Shown: positions 9,963 through 20,730 of the stretch, piece after piece
Layout of the letters: each line of letters starts with the position of its first letter
Numbering within the stretch: position 1 is the stretch's first letter
Source: an uncultured Sutterella sp.
GTDB taxonomy: Bacteria > Pseudomonadota > Gammaproteobacteria > Burkholderiales > Burkholderiaceae_F
Assembly: GCA_905194315.1 (NCBI GenBank)
Contig: CAJJRX010000005.1
Span: 1,971 to 65,970, forward strand
Length of the DNA: 64,000 nt
Reading direction: 5' to 3'
Position numbers and translations under genes: made by a program
Notes under the pieces: model-generated
Databases searched by the model: none
The model's input: only the letters and a program-made list of their open reading frames with translations
Told to the model about the DNA's origin: nothing

Positions 9963-11129
9963 ATGCCAGACATTCAGATTCCCGAATCAGACATTATCCG
10001 GTGGCGGCATCATATTCACCGTCATCCCGAGCTCGGCTACGAAGAACATCAGACAGCCGGGTATATCGTCGAGATGCTCAGCACGCTTGAGGGCGTCAGC
10101 ATCGAGCAGCCGACTCCCACCAGTGTGGTAGCCACCATTACCGGGACCGCAGGCCCCGGAAAAACCATTGCGCTTCGTGCCGATATTGATGCACTGCCGG
10201 TAACCGAGGAGAATGACGTCGAGTTCTGCTCAGTCAACGCCGGTGTGGGGCATATGTGCGGGCACGACACGCATGCGGCAATGCTCATGGGTGCGGTGCA
10301 TGTGCTTGCGCCCATGCGCGACAGACTTCACGGGAGTGTGAAATTTATATTCCAGCATGCCGAGGAACGCTCACCGGGTGGCGCCTACGATCTGGTGGAC
10401 AAAGGCGTGCTCAACGGTGTGGATCACTGCATCGGACTGCATATCATGAACGGGCCGGTCGGGCAGATCGGTATTCTTGAGGACGAGGTGGTCACCTCGG
10501 CCTACGATACCGCCTTCATCCGGATTTCCGGCAAAGGCTCGCACAGCTCCATGCCGCATCTCTCCCACGATCCGGTGCTCATCGGCGCCGAGATGATTGT
10601 GGCGCTGCACACCATTGTTCCCCGCAACATTTCGCCCGAACACTTTGCCGTGGTTTCCCCGAACGTGTTTCACGGCGGCAGGGCCGCCAACGTTATTCCG
10701 GATACGGCCGAGCTTGCGGTCAATATCCGGACGCGCAGCGAGGAGGACCGCAAACTTATTATCGAACGGGTGAAAACACTGGTGACCGGCATTGCACAGA
10801 ACAACGGCGCGAGTGTCGAAATCACCTGGGACGAAGGCCCGAAAGGCATTGCGCAGGATCTTGAGCTTGTGCGCGAGATCAAGGCGCTCGCGGTGAAAAC
10901 CTTCGGCGCGCAAAACGTCGCCTCTCTCAGAGCGCTGACGGGCAGCGAGGATTTCAGTGCCTATAACGAGGTTGTTCCCTCGTGCATGTTCTTCACGCTC
11001 GGCGGCGGTGAGAGCGAGTACACGAATCACCATCCGAAGTTCCTCCCGCAGGATGCAAGTCTGGCGACCGGCACACGCATGGAGGTCGCTATCGTGCTGC
11101 ATCTGCTTGGCGGAGACGGTCATGAGTGA
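9963..11129 (+). CDS. M20D-family amidohydrolase, copy 1
   Basis: Motifs RHHIHRHPELGYEE, ALRADIDALP, HMCGHDTH, FQHAEE, GSEDF and NHHPKF. Confidence 0.93.
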   Translation: MPDIQIPESDIIRWRHHIHRHPELGYEEHQTAGYIVEMLSTLEGVSIEQPTPTSVVATITGTAGPGKTIALRADIDALPVTEENDVEFCSVNAGVGHMCGHDTHAAMLMGAVHVLAPMRDRLHGSVKFIFQHAEERSPGGAYDLVDKGVLNGVDHCIGLHIMNGPVGQIGILEDEVVTSAYDTAFIRISGKGSHSSMPHLSHDPVLIGAEMIVALHTIVPRNISPEHFAVVSPNVFHGGRAANVIPDTAELAVNIRTRSEEDRKLIIERVKTLVTGIAQNNGASVEITWDEGPKGIAQDLELVREIKALAVKTFGAQNVASLRALTGSEDFSAYNEVVPSCMFFTLGGGESEYTNHHPKFLPQDASLATGTRMEVAIVLHLLGGDGHE

Positions 11130-12273
11130 AGCTGTGATTAACGAGGCGCAGATCATCGCCTGGCGGCACCACATTCACCGCAATCCCGAACCCGCCTGGC
11201 AGGAGTACGAAACCGCCGCCTATATTGAGCAGGCGCTCAAAGCGCTCCCCGGACTGGTCATTGAACGGCCGACGCCGACCAGTGTGGTGGCTACGCTCAC
11301 GGGCGGAGCCGGCGCGGGGAAAACTGTGGCGCTTCGCGCGGATATCGATGCGCTTCCGGTGAAGGAAACCACCGGTGCGCCGTTCTGCTCGCAGCGGCCC
11401 GGTTTCGGACATATGTGCGGACACGATACGCATGCCGCCATGCTGATGGGCACGGCGCTCGCACTGAGCGGCATCCGGGAGCGGCTTCGCGGCAAAGTGA
11501 AGTTTATCTTCCAGCACGCCGAGGAGGTGCCGCCCGGCGGCGCGGCTGAACTCGTCCGGGCCGGTGTGCTTGACGGTGTTGACTGCTGCATCGGTATGCA
11601 TGTCGTGAACGATCCTGTCGGACTGATCCGGATTCTTGAGGATCCGATGGTCACCACCACCTGCGACACGGCACGCATCCGTGTGACAGGCAAAGGCTCG
11701 CACAGCTCGCGGCCGCACCTCGGTGCGGATCCCGTGCTTGCTGTGGCGCACATGGTGCTCGGACTGCATACGATCGTCTCGAGAAACATTTCGCCGGAGC
11801 ATTTTGCCGTGGTTTCTCCGAACGTCGTTGACGCCGGTACGGCGGAAAATATCATTCCGGACTCGGCTGAGCTGACGGTGAATGTGCGCACCAAAGACGA
11901 AGCTGACCGCGCGCTGATACTCGAGCGCGTCAGTGCACTCTGCCGCGGTATCGCCTCGGACTTCCTCTGCTCGGCCGAGCTGCGCTGGGAGGACGGCGCC
12001 AAAGGTGTCAGGCAGGATCTGGCGCTTGTGGCAGACATTAAAGCCATGGCGCTGGCAAAGTTCGGCCCGGAGCGTGTGGTGAGCGGACGCGGACAGACGT
12101 TCAGCGAGGATTTCAGCGAATACAACGAGGCGGTTGCCTCGTGCATGTATTTCACGCTCGGCGGTGGTGAGAGTCCTTACGCCAACCATCATCCGAAGTT
12201 CCTGCCGTCTGACAGGTGTCTTGCGGCCGGAACAGAAATGCAGGTGGCTGTTATCGAGCATCTGCTCGGCTGA
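11122..12273 (+). CDS. M20D-family amidohydrolase, copy 2
   Basis: Same M20D motifs as the upstream gene; start overlaps its stop region. Confidence 0.93.
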   Translation: MSEAVINEAQIIAWRHHIHRNPEPAWQEYETAAYIEQALKALPGLVIERPTPTSVVATLTGGAGAGKTVALRADIDALPVKETTGAPFCSQRPGFGHMCGHDTHAAMLMGTALALSGIRERLRGKVKFIFQHAEEVPPGGAAELVRAGVLDGVDCCIGMHVVNDPVGLIRILEDPMVTTTCDTARIRVTGKGSHSSRPHLGADPVLAVAHMVLGLHTIVSRNISPEHFAVVSPNVVDAGTAENIIPDSAELTVNVRTKDEADRALILERVSALCRGIASDFLCSAELRWEDGAKGVRQDLALVADIKAMALAKFGPERVVSGRGQTFSEDFSEYNEAVASCMYFTLGGGESPYANHHPKFLPSDRCLAAGTEMQVAVIEHLLG

Positions 12274-12325
12274 TCACAGAAAAGCCCGGTCTGAACCGGG
12301 CTTTTTCTGTCAGGTGCTTTCCGAC

Positions 12326-13105
12326 TCAGCCGATCGGGTGCACCAGATCCAGACGGTCTGTGCAGAGTGCGTCCACCCCCATGTGCAGGAGTTCGGCAAC
12401 CCGGCGCGGATCGTTGACGGTGTAGCAGAACACCCAGCGACCCATGGCGTGCACCTCATCGAGCATCTCTCTGGTGAGCCGCTTGTGGTTGCAGTGCAGC
12501 GCCACACAGTCGATTTCCTCGAGCAGTTCACGCCAGTTTGGCGGAATCTCATCGATCAGAAGGCCGCGCGGAATGTCAGGCGCCGTCAACTTCGCCGCAC
12601 GAAGTGCATCGGGCTTGAAGGAGGAGAAAAGCGGCACAGCCGGCACAATACCGTCGGCACGCGCACCGCCCTCACGGATAATGTCACGGTAGAGTTCCGT
12701 GGTGAGGCGGCCGACCGTCTCACCGGTGACTTTTTCAAATCCCGGCGCGGGCTTGATTTCGATGTTGAGCCAGACGCCGTTGCGGCGGCACCAGCGCACC
12801 GCCTGTTCAAATCCCGCCGGCGGTTCACCCGCATAAAAAGGGCTGTACCAGCTGCCGGCATCGAGTTCGCGGATCTGAGCCGCGGTCAGTTCAGGCACGC
12901 TGCGCGTGTCCCGGATGGTTCGTCCGAACTTCGGGTCGTGCATCAGCACGGCCACGCCGTCCTTACTGAGCATGGCATCGGTTTCAAAGGCCGTGTAGCC
13001 GTGTTCAAGTCCAACACGAAAGCCTGCCATCGTGTTTTCCGGTGCCATGGTGCCGGCCCCGCGATGAGCAACGATTTTCCTGAATGGCCATTCAAGCATA
13101 GACAT
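12326..13105 (-). CDS. ugpQ: Glycerophosphodiester phosphodiesterase
   Basis: Motifs VAHRGAG..APENT, ETD, LMHD, NIEIKP, YTVND and CTD. Confidence 0.9.
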   Translation of the reverse strand: MSMLEWPFRKIVAHRGAGTMAPENTMAGFRVGLEHGYTAFETDAMLSKDGVAVLMHDPKFGRTIRDTRSVPELTAAQIRELDAGSWYSPFYAGEPPAGFEQAVRWCRRNGVWLNIEIKPAPGFEKVTGETVGRLTTELYRDIIREGGARADGIVPAVPLFSSFKPDALRAAKLTAPDIPRGLLIDEIPPNWRELLEEIDCVALHCNHKRLTREMLDEVHAMGRWVFCYTVNDPRRVAELLHMGVDALCTDRLDLVHPIG

Positions 13106-13411
13106 AGGTTGTGTTCTCTTTACTGGAGGTGTTAACGATGCGAGAACCATTCTAGGACGAAAGCTCTCAGGTCGGTGAAAAACCACAGCTCAGGATAAAA
13201 TTTCCCCTTAGGGGAAAGTAGTTAGGTGCGGCTTAGGTCATTGTTCTGGCGTCGTTTTTTAAACGTATAAGGTGTTTGCCTTATTTTGCATTCTTCTTTT
13301 GGCTGTGTTGAAATAGCGCATAACCGGCTGGTGCAGACACTTTGTGTGTGACTGATACGGGGGTTGTGCACCGGCTCTTTTACTGTGAAACTTTTCATCA
13401 AAGGACACATC

Positions 13412-14416
13412 ATGATTCAACGACGTCAGCTGCTCGAAGCGATGGGTTTGGTCTCACTACTCGGACTGTCAGGCTTTTCGAGCGTCAGTTTTGCTGCGAT
13501 GCCCAAGGGCGAAGGTGCACATCCGATTCATCTGGTTGTCCCCTACCCGCCGGGAGGTCCGCTTGATGTGTCCGCCCGTGCGATTGCCGATGCGGTCAAA
13601 GACGAACTCGGTACGGTTGTCGTTGACAACCGCCCGGGTGCCGGCGGCGGTGTCGGGATGGGCTATGCTGCGCGACAGCCCGGTGACGGCTACACCATGG
13701 TGGTGGGAGCTGTGGCCACCCATGCCATCAATCCGCATCTGTACTCCTCGATTCCCTACGATCCGGTGAAGGACTTCAAACCGCTGAGCCTGATCGCTCA
13801 CGTGCCCAATGTGCTGGTCGTCACACCGACCTTCATTGAAAAAACGGGCGTGAAATCGGTAGCCGATCTCGTCAAATACGCCAAAGCCCACAAGGGCGAG
13901 CTCAATTACGCCTCCGGCGGCAACGGCTCCGCAGGCCATATGGCCGGCGAATGGCTCAAGAATGCCGAGGGTATTGACATGGTGCATGTGCCCTTTAACG
14001 GGGCTGCACCGGCCCGTATGAGCGTCCTTGCCGGTCAGACGGATCTGATTTTTGACAACCTCGCAAGCTGCCTGCCCAACATTGAAGCGGGCAAGCTGGT
14101 TGCGCTTGCTGTGACCACCTCGGTTCGTACGCCGGCGCTCCCTGATGTGCCCACCATGGGCGAGGCGGGGGTCAAAGGCTTTGATATCTCCACCTGGTAC
14201 GGTCTCTTTGTGCCTGCAGCCACGCCCGATGATGTGGTTGCCGGCATGAACAAAGTCATCGTCAAGGCTTTGAACTCTCAGGAACTCAAGACCCGCCTAG
14301 CCAAGCTCGGCGGTCTGGTCAGCCCGACCACCCCTGAGGAGTTTGGCGCTCTGGTGAAATCCGAGAGCGAAAAGTACGCCCGGCTTGTTAAGATTTCGGG
14401 CGCTAAAGTTGACTAA
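13412..14416 (+). CDS. tctC: Tripartite tricarboxylate transporter substrate-binding protein (Bug/TctC)
   Basis: Motifs VVPYPPGG..D, NRPGAGG and LPDVPT..E.G; N-terminal RR signal peptide. Confidence 0.92.
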   Translation: MIQRRQLLEAMGLVSLLGLSGFSSVSFAAMPKGEGAHPIHLVVPYPPGGPLDVSARAIADAVKDELGTVVVDNRPGAGGGVGMGYAARQPGDGYTMVVGAVATHAINPHLYSSIPYDPVKDFKPLSLIAHVPNVLVVTPTFIEKTGVKSVADLVKYAKAHKGELNYASGGNGSAGHMAGEWLKNAEGIDMVHVPFNGAAPARMSVLAGQTDLIFDNLASCLPNIEAGKLVALAVTTSVRTPALPDVPTMGEAGVKGFDISTWYGLFVPAATPDDVVAGMNKVIVKALNSQELKTRLAKLGGLVSPTTPEEFGALVKSESEKYARLVKISGAKVD

Positions 14417-14552
14417 AGAGCACGGTTCTCAGCAGCTGCAGGCCCCGGTGACGGGGCCTGTTTCTGAGTCAGGGGACGTGCAAAGCGTTTTTTAGTCGGG
14501 GCGGCGCCTGCTTGACAGGTACTGCCCCGCTGTCCTTTCGAGCTGGACAAGT

Positions 14553-15017
14553 ATGTGGATTAAACGTCAGAAAGATTTTTGGGCCGGCGTGCTGTTTATC
14601 CTAACGGGGCTGCTCGCCGTCGTGGTCGCCCAGGAAAATCCGCTGGGCACGCTCTCGCGCATGGGCCCGGCCTACTTCCCGACCATTCTCGGCACGGCGC
14701 TGATTATTCTCGGGACAGTCATCGCTCTTAAAGCGATTTTTTTGAAACCCGCAGATCCTGCCGGCAGCCGCATTGAACCTGTACACTGGGGGGTATTATT
14801 CTTTATCCTCGGCGGTGTGGCCTGTTTTGCTCTGGCGCTTCTGAGTCTCGGACTCATGATTGCCATGGCACTGATGATCGCTGTGGCCTCTCTGGCCTCT
14901 CCTCTGGCGCGTCGCCGTGAAGTCGGAATACTGATTGTGGTGCTCTGTGCGGTATGCTGGGGCGTTTTCGTTTATGGTTTGGGTTTTCAGGTGCCTGTGT
15001 GGCCAAGTTTTCTCTAA
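14553..15017 (+). CDS. tctB: Tripartite tricarboxylate transporter small membrane subunit
   Basis: MGPAYFP motif, 4-5 TM segments, located between tctC and tctA. Confidence 0.88.
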   Translation: MWIKRQKDFWAGVLFILTGLLAVVVAQENPLGTLSRMGPAYFPTILGTALIILGTVIALKAIFLKPADPAGSRIEPVHWGVLFFILGGVACFALALLSLGLMIAMALMIAVASLASPLARRREVGILIVVLCAVCWGVFVYGLGFQVPVWPSFL

Positions 15018-15029
15018 AGGGCAGTAGCA

Positions 15030-16538
15030 ATGGATTTAGTGGCTAATCTCTTGCTCGGTTTCGAGCAAGCAGTGACTTTGCAAAACCTGCTCTACTGTTT
15101 TGTCGGGGTAAGTGTCGGTACCCTTATCGGTGTTCTGCCCGGGATGGGTCCCGTGGCGACGGTGGCAATGCTGCTGCCGATTACCTATTCGCTTGATCCG
15201 TCGGCGGCGCTCATCATGCTCGCCGGGATTTATTACGGTGCGCAGTACGGCGGCTCGACGACGGCTGTGCTGGTCAACATCCCCGGGGAGGCGGCTGCGG
15301 TGGTGACCTGTATTGACGGGCACAAGATGGCGCGCGCAGGTCGTGCCGGTGCCGCACTGGGTATTGCCGCCATCGGCAGTTTTATCGCCGGGTGCTTCGC
15401 CACCGTTCTGATTGCCGCTTTTGCGCCTCCGCTCACCGCACTCGCGTTTGAGTTCGGCCCGGCGGAATATTTCTCTCTGATGGTTCTCGGTCTTGTCGGT
15501 GCCGTGGTTCTTGCCAACGGTGACCTGCTTAAGGCCATCGCCATGATTATTCTCGGCCTGCTGCTCGGTCTGGTCGGTACGGACATTAATTCGGGTGCTC
15601 TGCGCTACACCTTCGGGGTGGGAGAACTCATGGAAGGGCTTGATTTTGTGGCGATCTCCATGGGTATTTACGGCTTTGCCGAAATTATGCGCAATCTCGA
15701 AATCAGCGCCTCGCGCTCGCTTGTGCCTGAAAAAGTGGGCCGCGTTCTGCCGACAAAAGACGATCTCAAAGCAAGCGCCGGACCGATTGCCCGCGGCACG
15801 CTGCTCGGCAGCTTCCTCGGGATTCTGCCCGGTGGCGGCGCGCTGCTCTCGAGCTTTGCCTCGTATACGCTGGAGAAAAAGCTCGCCGGCGCCTCTGCCT
15901 CACCGGCTTTCGGCTTAGGCAACATTCGCGGTGTGGCCGGACCGGAGTCCGCGAACAACGCCGGCGCGCAGACGAGTTTCATTCCGATGCTCACGCTCGG
16001 TATTCCCTCGAACGCCGTGATGGCGCTGATGATCGGCGCAATGATGATTCATGACATCACGCCCGGCCCGCAGGTGATGACCAGCAACCCGGGGCTGTTC
16101 TGGGGGCTGATCGTGTCGATGTGGATCGGCAACCTCTTTCTTATTGTTCTGAATCTGCCGCTCATCGGTGTGTGGATTCAGCTCCTCAAAGTGCCCTACC
16201 ACTGGCTTTATCCGGCGATTCTCTGCTTCTGCTGCATCGGGGTGTTCTCCATCAGCAATAACGTTTTCCATATCTGGATGACGATCGGGTTCGGGCTCAT
16301 CGGGTATATCTTCTACAAGCTTGACTGTGAGGCCGCACCGCTCATTCTCGGCTTTATTCTCGGGCCGATGATGGAGGAGAACATGCGCCGGGCGCTGCTG
16401 CTCTCGCGCGGTGATCTGACGACATTCATCACCAGCCCGATCTCCGGCGGTCTGCTTGCCCTTTCGGCCGTTCTTCTGCTGATGGTGCTGCTGCCGGCGG
16501 TAAGAAAAGGACGTGAAGAGGCGTTTCAGGAGGACTGA
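15030..16538 (+). CDS. tctA: Tripartite tricarboxylate transporter large membrane subunit
   Basis: Motifs IGVLPGMG, IYYGAQYGGS and GPESANNA....FIPMLTLGIP. Confidence 0.95.
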   Translation: MDLVANLLLGFEQAVTLQNLLYCFVGVSVGTLIGVLPGMGPVATVAMLLPITYSLDPSAALIMLAGIYYGAQYGGSTTAVLVNIPGEAAAVVTCIDGHKMARAGRAGAALGIAAIGSFIAGCFATVLIAAFAPPLTALAFEFGPAEYFSLMVLGLVGAVVLANGDLLKAIAMIILGLLLGLVGTDINSGALRYTFGVGELMEGLDFVAISMGIYGFAEIMRNLEISASRSLVPEKVGRVLPTKDDLKASAGPIARGTLLGSFLGILPGGGALLSSFASYTLEKKLAGASASPAFGLGNIRGVAGPESANNAGAQTSFIPMLTLGIPSNAVMALMIGAMMIHDITPGPQVMTSNPGLFWGLIVSMWIGNLFLIVLNLPLIGVWIQLLKVPYHWLYPAILCFCCIGVFSISNNVFHIWMTIGFGLIGYIFYKLDCEAAPLILGFILGPMMEENMRRALLLSRGDLTTFITSPISGGLLALSAVLLLMVLLPAVRKGREEAFQED

Positions 16539-16610
16539 GCGCCTGCTGAGAACATAAAAAGAGCCTTGCCGCCGGCAAGGCTCTTTTTTTCCCGGTATCG
16601 CTCAGTGCAA

Positions 16611-18098
16611 TCAGATAAAGCAGGCGTCCCGGTTGAGAAGATGGCCGTCGGCACGGGCATCCTGCAGGATGTTCATGGCCGCGGGGGCGATATCACCGGC
16701 CGTCATGCCGGCCTCAACGTCTTCAGAGGCCAGACCGTGCAGGTAGACGGCTGCGAGGACGCATTCGACCATATCATAGCCCTGAGCAAACATGGCGCCG
16801 ATCATCCCGGCGAGCACGTCGCCGCTGCCTGCTGTGGCAAGGGCAGGTGTGCCGGTGGGGTTGACCCAGGCGCGCGCCGAGCGCAGCGAAATGACACTGC
16901 CGGCACCCTTCAGGACAACAATGGCGCCGCTCTGAACGGCAAGTTCGCGTGCGGCGGCCACACGGTCCACCGTCACACCGGCGGTATCTCTGCGAAGCAG
17001 ACGGGCGGCCTCACCCGGGTGCGGGGTGAGCACACTCGGTGCCTGACGGGCGAGCAGGATATCCTGCAGTTTGATGTCGGCAGCGATGATATTGAGCGCA
17101 TCCGCGTCGAGCACAAGCGGCCTGTCAGAGAGCAGGGCGGTCCGGACAAGGGCTTTGGCGCGCTCGGACTGACCCATCCCGCATCCCATAACAATCACGC
17201 CCGCCGAGGTGAACCCCTCGGGATCCGTGCCCATCATCAGCTCGGGGTAGAGCATATCCACCGCGGGGGCATGCTCAGAGAGCGGGTAGAGCGTGACGCG
17301 CCCGGCACCGCTCACCAGCGCGGCACGTGCGGCGAGCAGGGCTGCCCCGATCATGCCGTCGGCCCCTCCCACAACAGCCACATGACCGTAGCTGCCCTTG
17401 TGTGAATTGCGGCTGCGCGGACGAAGCACATGCTGGAGCTCGTCGGGACTGACCACAGTAAGGTTCGAGAGCGGAATGGAGACGCCGAGATTGTCAACCA
17501 CGATCTCACCGGCGGCATCAGCCCCCTCGTTCATGTAAAGCCCGGCTTTGGCCGAGAGGAAGCTCAGGGTGATGTCGGCGTGGCATCCGGGGTAGCTTGC
17601 AATCCAGCGTCCGGTAAGGTGATTCAGACCGCTCGGGACATCCAGAGAGATCTTGAGCGCCTGACGTTCGTTGAACCAGAGGACGGCATCGAGGTATTCG
17701 CCCGTGATGGGCTTGGTGAGACCGATGCCGAAAAGGCCGTCGACAACACAGTCGGCCTTGCGGGCCATGTACGGATCCTCTTCGATTTCCCCGCCGAGCG
17801 CCTCCCAGCGTTTGAGCTGCGCGAGAGCAAGGCTGCTGTTCGGGCGCTTGCCGCCCGGAAGAATGAGGACCACGTCCCGTGCTTTGGCCTTGAGCTCGCA
17901 GGCAAGTGCAATCGCATCCCCGCCGTTATTGCCCGGACCGGCCAGAATACTGACGGAGGCATTCTCCGGCAGACGTTCTTCAATCAGTCTGAGTGCGGCC
18001 TGACCGGCGCGCAGCATCAGCGTATCTTCACCGAGCTGATTGGCAGCGCGATGCTCAAGCGCCTCCAGCTCATCAGCGTTCAGAATAGTCAAACTCAT
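16611..18098 (-). CDS. nnr: Bifunctional NAD(P)HX epimerase/dehydratase (NnrE-NnrD fusion)
   Basis: Motifs GPGNNGGD, VDGLFGIG, DVPSG, SHKGSYG, LDADAL, LTPHPGEAARL and TAGSGDVLAG. Confidence 0.94.
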   Translation of the reverse strand: MSLTILNADELEALEHRAANQLGEDTLMLRAGQAALRLIEERLPENASVSILAGPGNNGGDAIALACELKAKARDVVLILPGGKRPNSSLALAQLKRWEALGGEIEEDPYMARKADCVVDGLFGIGLTKPITGEYLDAVLWFNERQALKISLDVPSGLNHLTGRWIASYPGCHADITLSFLSAKAGLYMNEGADAAGEIVVDNLGVSIPLSNLTVVSPDELQHVLRPRSRNSHKGSYGHVAVVGGADGMIGAALLAARAALVSGAGRVTLYPLSEHAPAVDMLYPELMMGTDPEGFTSAGVIVMGCGMGQSERAKALVRTALLSDRPLVLDADALNIIAADIKLQDILLARQAPSVLTPHPGEAARLLRRDTAGVTVDRVAAARELAVQSGAIVVLKGAGSVISLRSARAWVNPTGTPALATAGSGDVLAGMIGAMFAQGYDMVECVLAAVYLHGLASEDVEAGMTAGDIAPAAMNILQDARADGHLLNRDACFI

Positions 18099-18172
18099 CA
18101 GGTTCGTCCTTATCAAGATTTTTTTGCAGTGTATGTTTTTTTTCTCTCTCCGGGCGGAGGTCGTAATGCGGC

Positions 18173-19339
18173 TCAGTCAAAACGTGCCGGGCTCAGTGCC
18201 TGCGCCTGCGGGGAGGGCTCCCCGAGCATGGCCTGCGCCAGACACTCGGCGTAGCTCGGAGCAAAGTCGGCACCGTGCAGGCCGCCCGCTATGTTGAGCC
18301 ACAAGCCGGGCACAGCAGACTCGCCGACAATGGCGAGCGAATCCGGTGCGGTGAGGACAGTCTGCGCAAAGTAGCGGGCATTTTTCCAGTCACCGATGTC
18401 CGGGAAAAACCGCATACCGGTCTCCCAGAGCGCACGATATTCGGCATCTCTGTCGAAATCCTCCTCTGCGCCGATATACCAGCGACCCTGCACGCGCAGG
18501 AAGTCGTCGAGCGGACTGAGCAGGAATCCTTTTTCATCCACAATGGCATGCGTGATGCGCATGGCATCGCTGAAAAGCGTGGTGTTGAGCACACAGCGTG
18601 TGAGGGGCAGCACGGGGAGCTTGAGTTTTGCGAGCTTGAGCAGATTCAGTGCGCCGCTGCCGGCACAGATAACAACATGATCTGTGCGGATTTCCCCCGT
18701 GGCGGTCTGCACGCCTGTGATGCGGCCGCCCTCCCGGATAAAACCGGTTACCGCAGTGCTGTTGTGAATCGGGACACCCTGTTCGATGAGCCACTCTTTG
18801 AGCTGTTTGGCAAAGTAGCTGATGGACCAGGACAGGGAGTTGTCAAGGTGAAAACGCGTTGTCTGCGGCAGCGCATAAAGCGAGGGCTCCATCATGAGCC
18901 ATCCGTCAAGCGCCGGGGTGGCGGTGTCGGTTTCAGGCAGCTCCTCGAGTGTGCCTTCACTTGACTGCAGGGTGAAGATGTTGTCTTTTTCGACCTGAAG
19001 ATACCATTCAAACGAGGCACTGGAGAGGGCTTTGGCCAGATCACTCAGCGCCCTGAAATTCTCCGGCGCACGGCTTTTCTGCAGCAGTCGTGCGAATCTG
19101 GGGTGATGGAAAATCAGTCCCGGTCCGTAGACCACGCCCGTCTCCGAGCGCAGAAGAGAAGCCTCGGGTGTGCTCAGCAGCATCGGCTGCGATTCCCCGA
19201 GCAGTCCGGAGCAGCTGTAACTGGCTCCCTGACAGGGTGAGGAGCGTCCTTCAAGGATGCTCACCCGGATGCCTTTGGAAAAAAGGGCGTAGGCGGTCAT
19301 AAGTCCGGTTAGACCAGCCCCGACAACTAAAGCCTGCAT
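18173..19339 (-). CDS. FAD-dependent oxidoreductase, DadA/DAO-like (divergent)
   Basis: N-terminal VVGAGLTG Rossmann motif, VVICAG and C-terminal LSPARF. Confidence 0.8.
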   Translation of the reverse strand: MQALVVGAGLTGLMTAYALFSKGIRVSILEGRSSPCQGASYSCSGLLGESQPMLLSTPEASLLRSETGVVYGPGLIFHHPRFARLLQKSRAPENFRALSDLAKALSSASFEWYLQVEKDNIFTLQSSEGTLEELPETDTATPALDGWLMMEPSLYALPQTTRFHLDNSLSWSISYFAKQLKEWLIEQGVPIHNSTAVTGFIREGGRITGVQTATGEIRTDHVVICAGSGALNLLKLAKLKLPVLPLTRCVLNTTLFSDAMRITHAIVDEKGFLLSPLDDFLRVQGRWYIGAEEDFDRDAEYRALWETGMRFFPDIGDWKNARYFAQTVLTAPDSLAIVGESAVPGLWLNIAGGLHGADFAPSYAECLAQAMLGEPSPQAQALSPARFD

Positions 19340-19477
19340 GATCTGGTTTGAAAAAAAGAAAAAGCCCTTCCATTGTATAGAAAATCGCTCCGGACGGCGA
19401 ATCACGGCTGCCGCCCGCATGCCCTGTGCATGGCGTACAATAGAAAAACACGAAAACTCAGGCACAAGAAAGCAGTC

Positions 19478-20131
19478 ATGACTGAAAAGAAAAATTCCCC
19501 GACACCGGTTTCATCCATCCGTCCCATGCCGGTTCCGGCGCCCTGCGCACAGCGCGAAAATGATCCTCTGACGGAAACAACCACCGGCACGGAGCTTATT
19601 TATGAAAACCGCTTTCTGCGGCTTGTCCGCGAAAGCGTCACACTGCCCGGCGGCGAGCAGGGCAACCGGTTTATTCTCCCGCACCGCGGTGCCTGTGCAA
19701 TGATTCCGCTCGATGAGCAGGGGTGCATTGTTCTTGAGCGTCAGTGGCGTCATCCGCTGCGGCGTGCCTTCTGGGAAATTCCGGCAGGCAAAATCGACCC
19801 TGATGAGTCAGAGCTTGTCTGCGCACAGCGTGAACTTATTGAGGAATGCGGTATCCGTGCCCGGCAGTGGACCGAACTCGGTGTGATCAATAATGCCATC
19901 GGCTACAGTGATGAGCACATCACGATCTTTCTCGCTGAAGACCTCAGCATCGGCGAGCAGCATCTTGACCCGGGCGAGTATCTTGAGCTCTACAGAGTGC
20001 CTTTTGAGGAGGCTCTGGCCATGTGCTACGACGGACGCATCACCGATGTGAAAACGCTCTGCGGCATCTTCTGGCTCGCAAAAGTGCTCAGTGACAGACG
20101 CAGTGCCGCCGCAGACGGTAAAACCTGTTAA
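19478..20131 (+). CDS. NUDIX hydrolase (ADP-ribose pyrophosphatase-like)
   Basis: Nudix box EIPAGKIDPDESELVCAQRELIEECG; ITDVKT. Confidence 0.9.
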   Translation: MTEKKNSPTPVSSIRPMPVPAPCAQRENDPLTETTTGTELIYENRFLRLVRESVTLPGGEQGNRFILPHRGACAMIPLDEQGCIVLERQWRHPLRRAFWEIPAGKIDPDESELVCAQRELIEECGIRARQWTELGVINNAIGYSDEHITIFLAEDLSIGEQHLDPGEYLELYRVPFEEALAMCYDGRITDVKTLCGIFWLAKVLSDRRSAAADGKTC

Positions 20132-20205
20132 CGCAGGCATGCACGGACTGTGCCGCTTTTGGCAAAAACACGGTGAGTGTGGTATTATCTTTCTTCCAAA
20201 TTTCC

Positions 20206-20280
20206 GCGGGTGTCGTATAACGGCTATTACCCTAGCCTTCCAAGCTAGAGACGAGGGTTCGACTCCCTTCACCCGCTCCA
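20206..20280 (+). tRNA. tRNA-Gly(TCC)
   Basis: GCGGGTGTCGTATAACGGCTATTACCCTAGCCTTCCAAGCTAG...GGTTCGACTCCC...CGCTCCA; anticodon TCC. Confidence 0.96.
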
Positions 20281-20412
20281 CGCACACAGTGCTGCTGCGT
20301 ATTGTCTGTCCCGGAGTGATTTGTGCTTCGGGATTTTTTGTGTCCGCACAAAACAGGTCACGGGGGCAGCGCGAGGCTGCCGCCCGCTGCTAAAAAAGAG
20401 CGCTATGCCGCT

Positions 20413-20730
20413 CTAGAAGAGCCACTTAAGACCGGCCCGGATGTCGTAGTCCTTGGTGTAGTGCTTGCCGTTGGCGCGCTCAAGACCGGCGTAAAGACGC
20501 AGATTCGGACTCACAAGCCAGTCCATGCCGAAACCGTAGTAGACGCCGGTACCGGTGAGTTTTTCGTTGAAATCCGTCCCGTTAACAGAAAGCTTCTGAC
20601 GGCCGAGGAATTCATGTGTGAGGCCGAATCGCACATACCATTCGCCGCGTTTGCGGTTTTGCTCGGTAATCACCTTTCCAATGAACATATCCGCTCCGCT
20701 GACCATCTGGAAATCGAAAAGATCCTGCAC
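20413..20730 (-). pseudogene. Remnant of an autotransporter/outer-membrane beta-barrel C-terminus
   Basis: Alternating beta-strand pattern (WYVRFGLTHEF, YYGFGMDW, LYAGLER) ending in AGLKWLF with terminal Phe. Only about 100 codons and no signal peptide. Confidence 0.7.
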
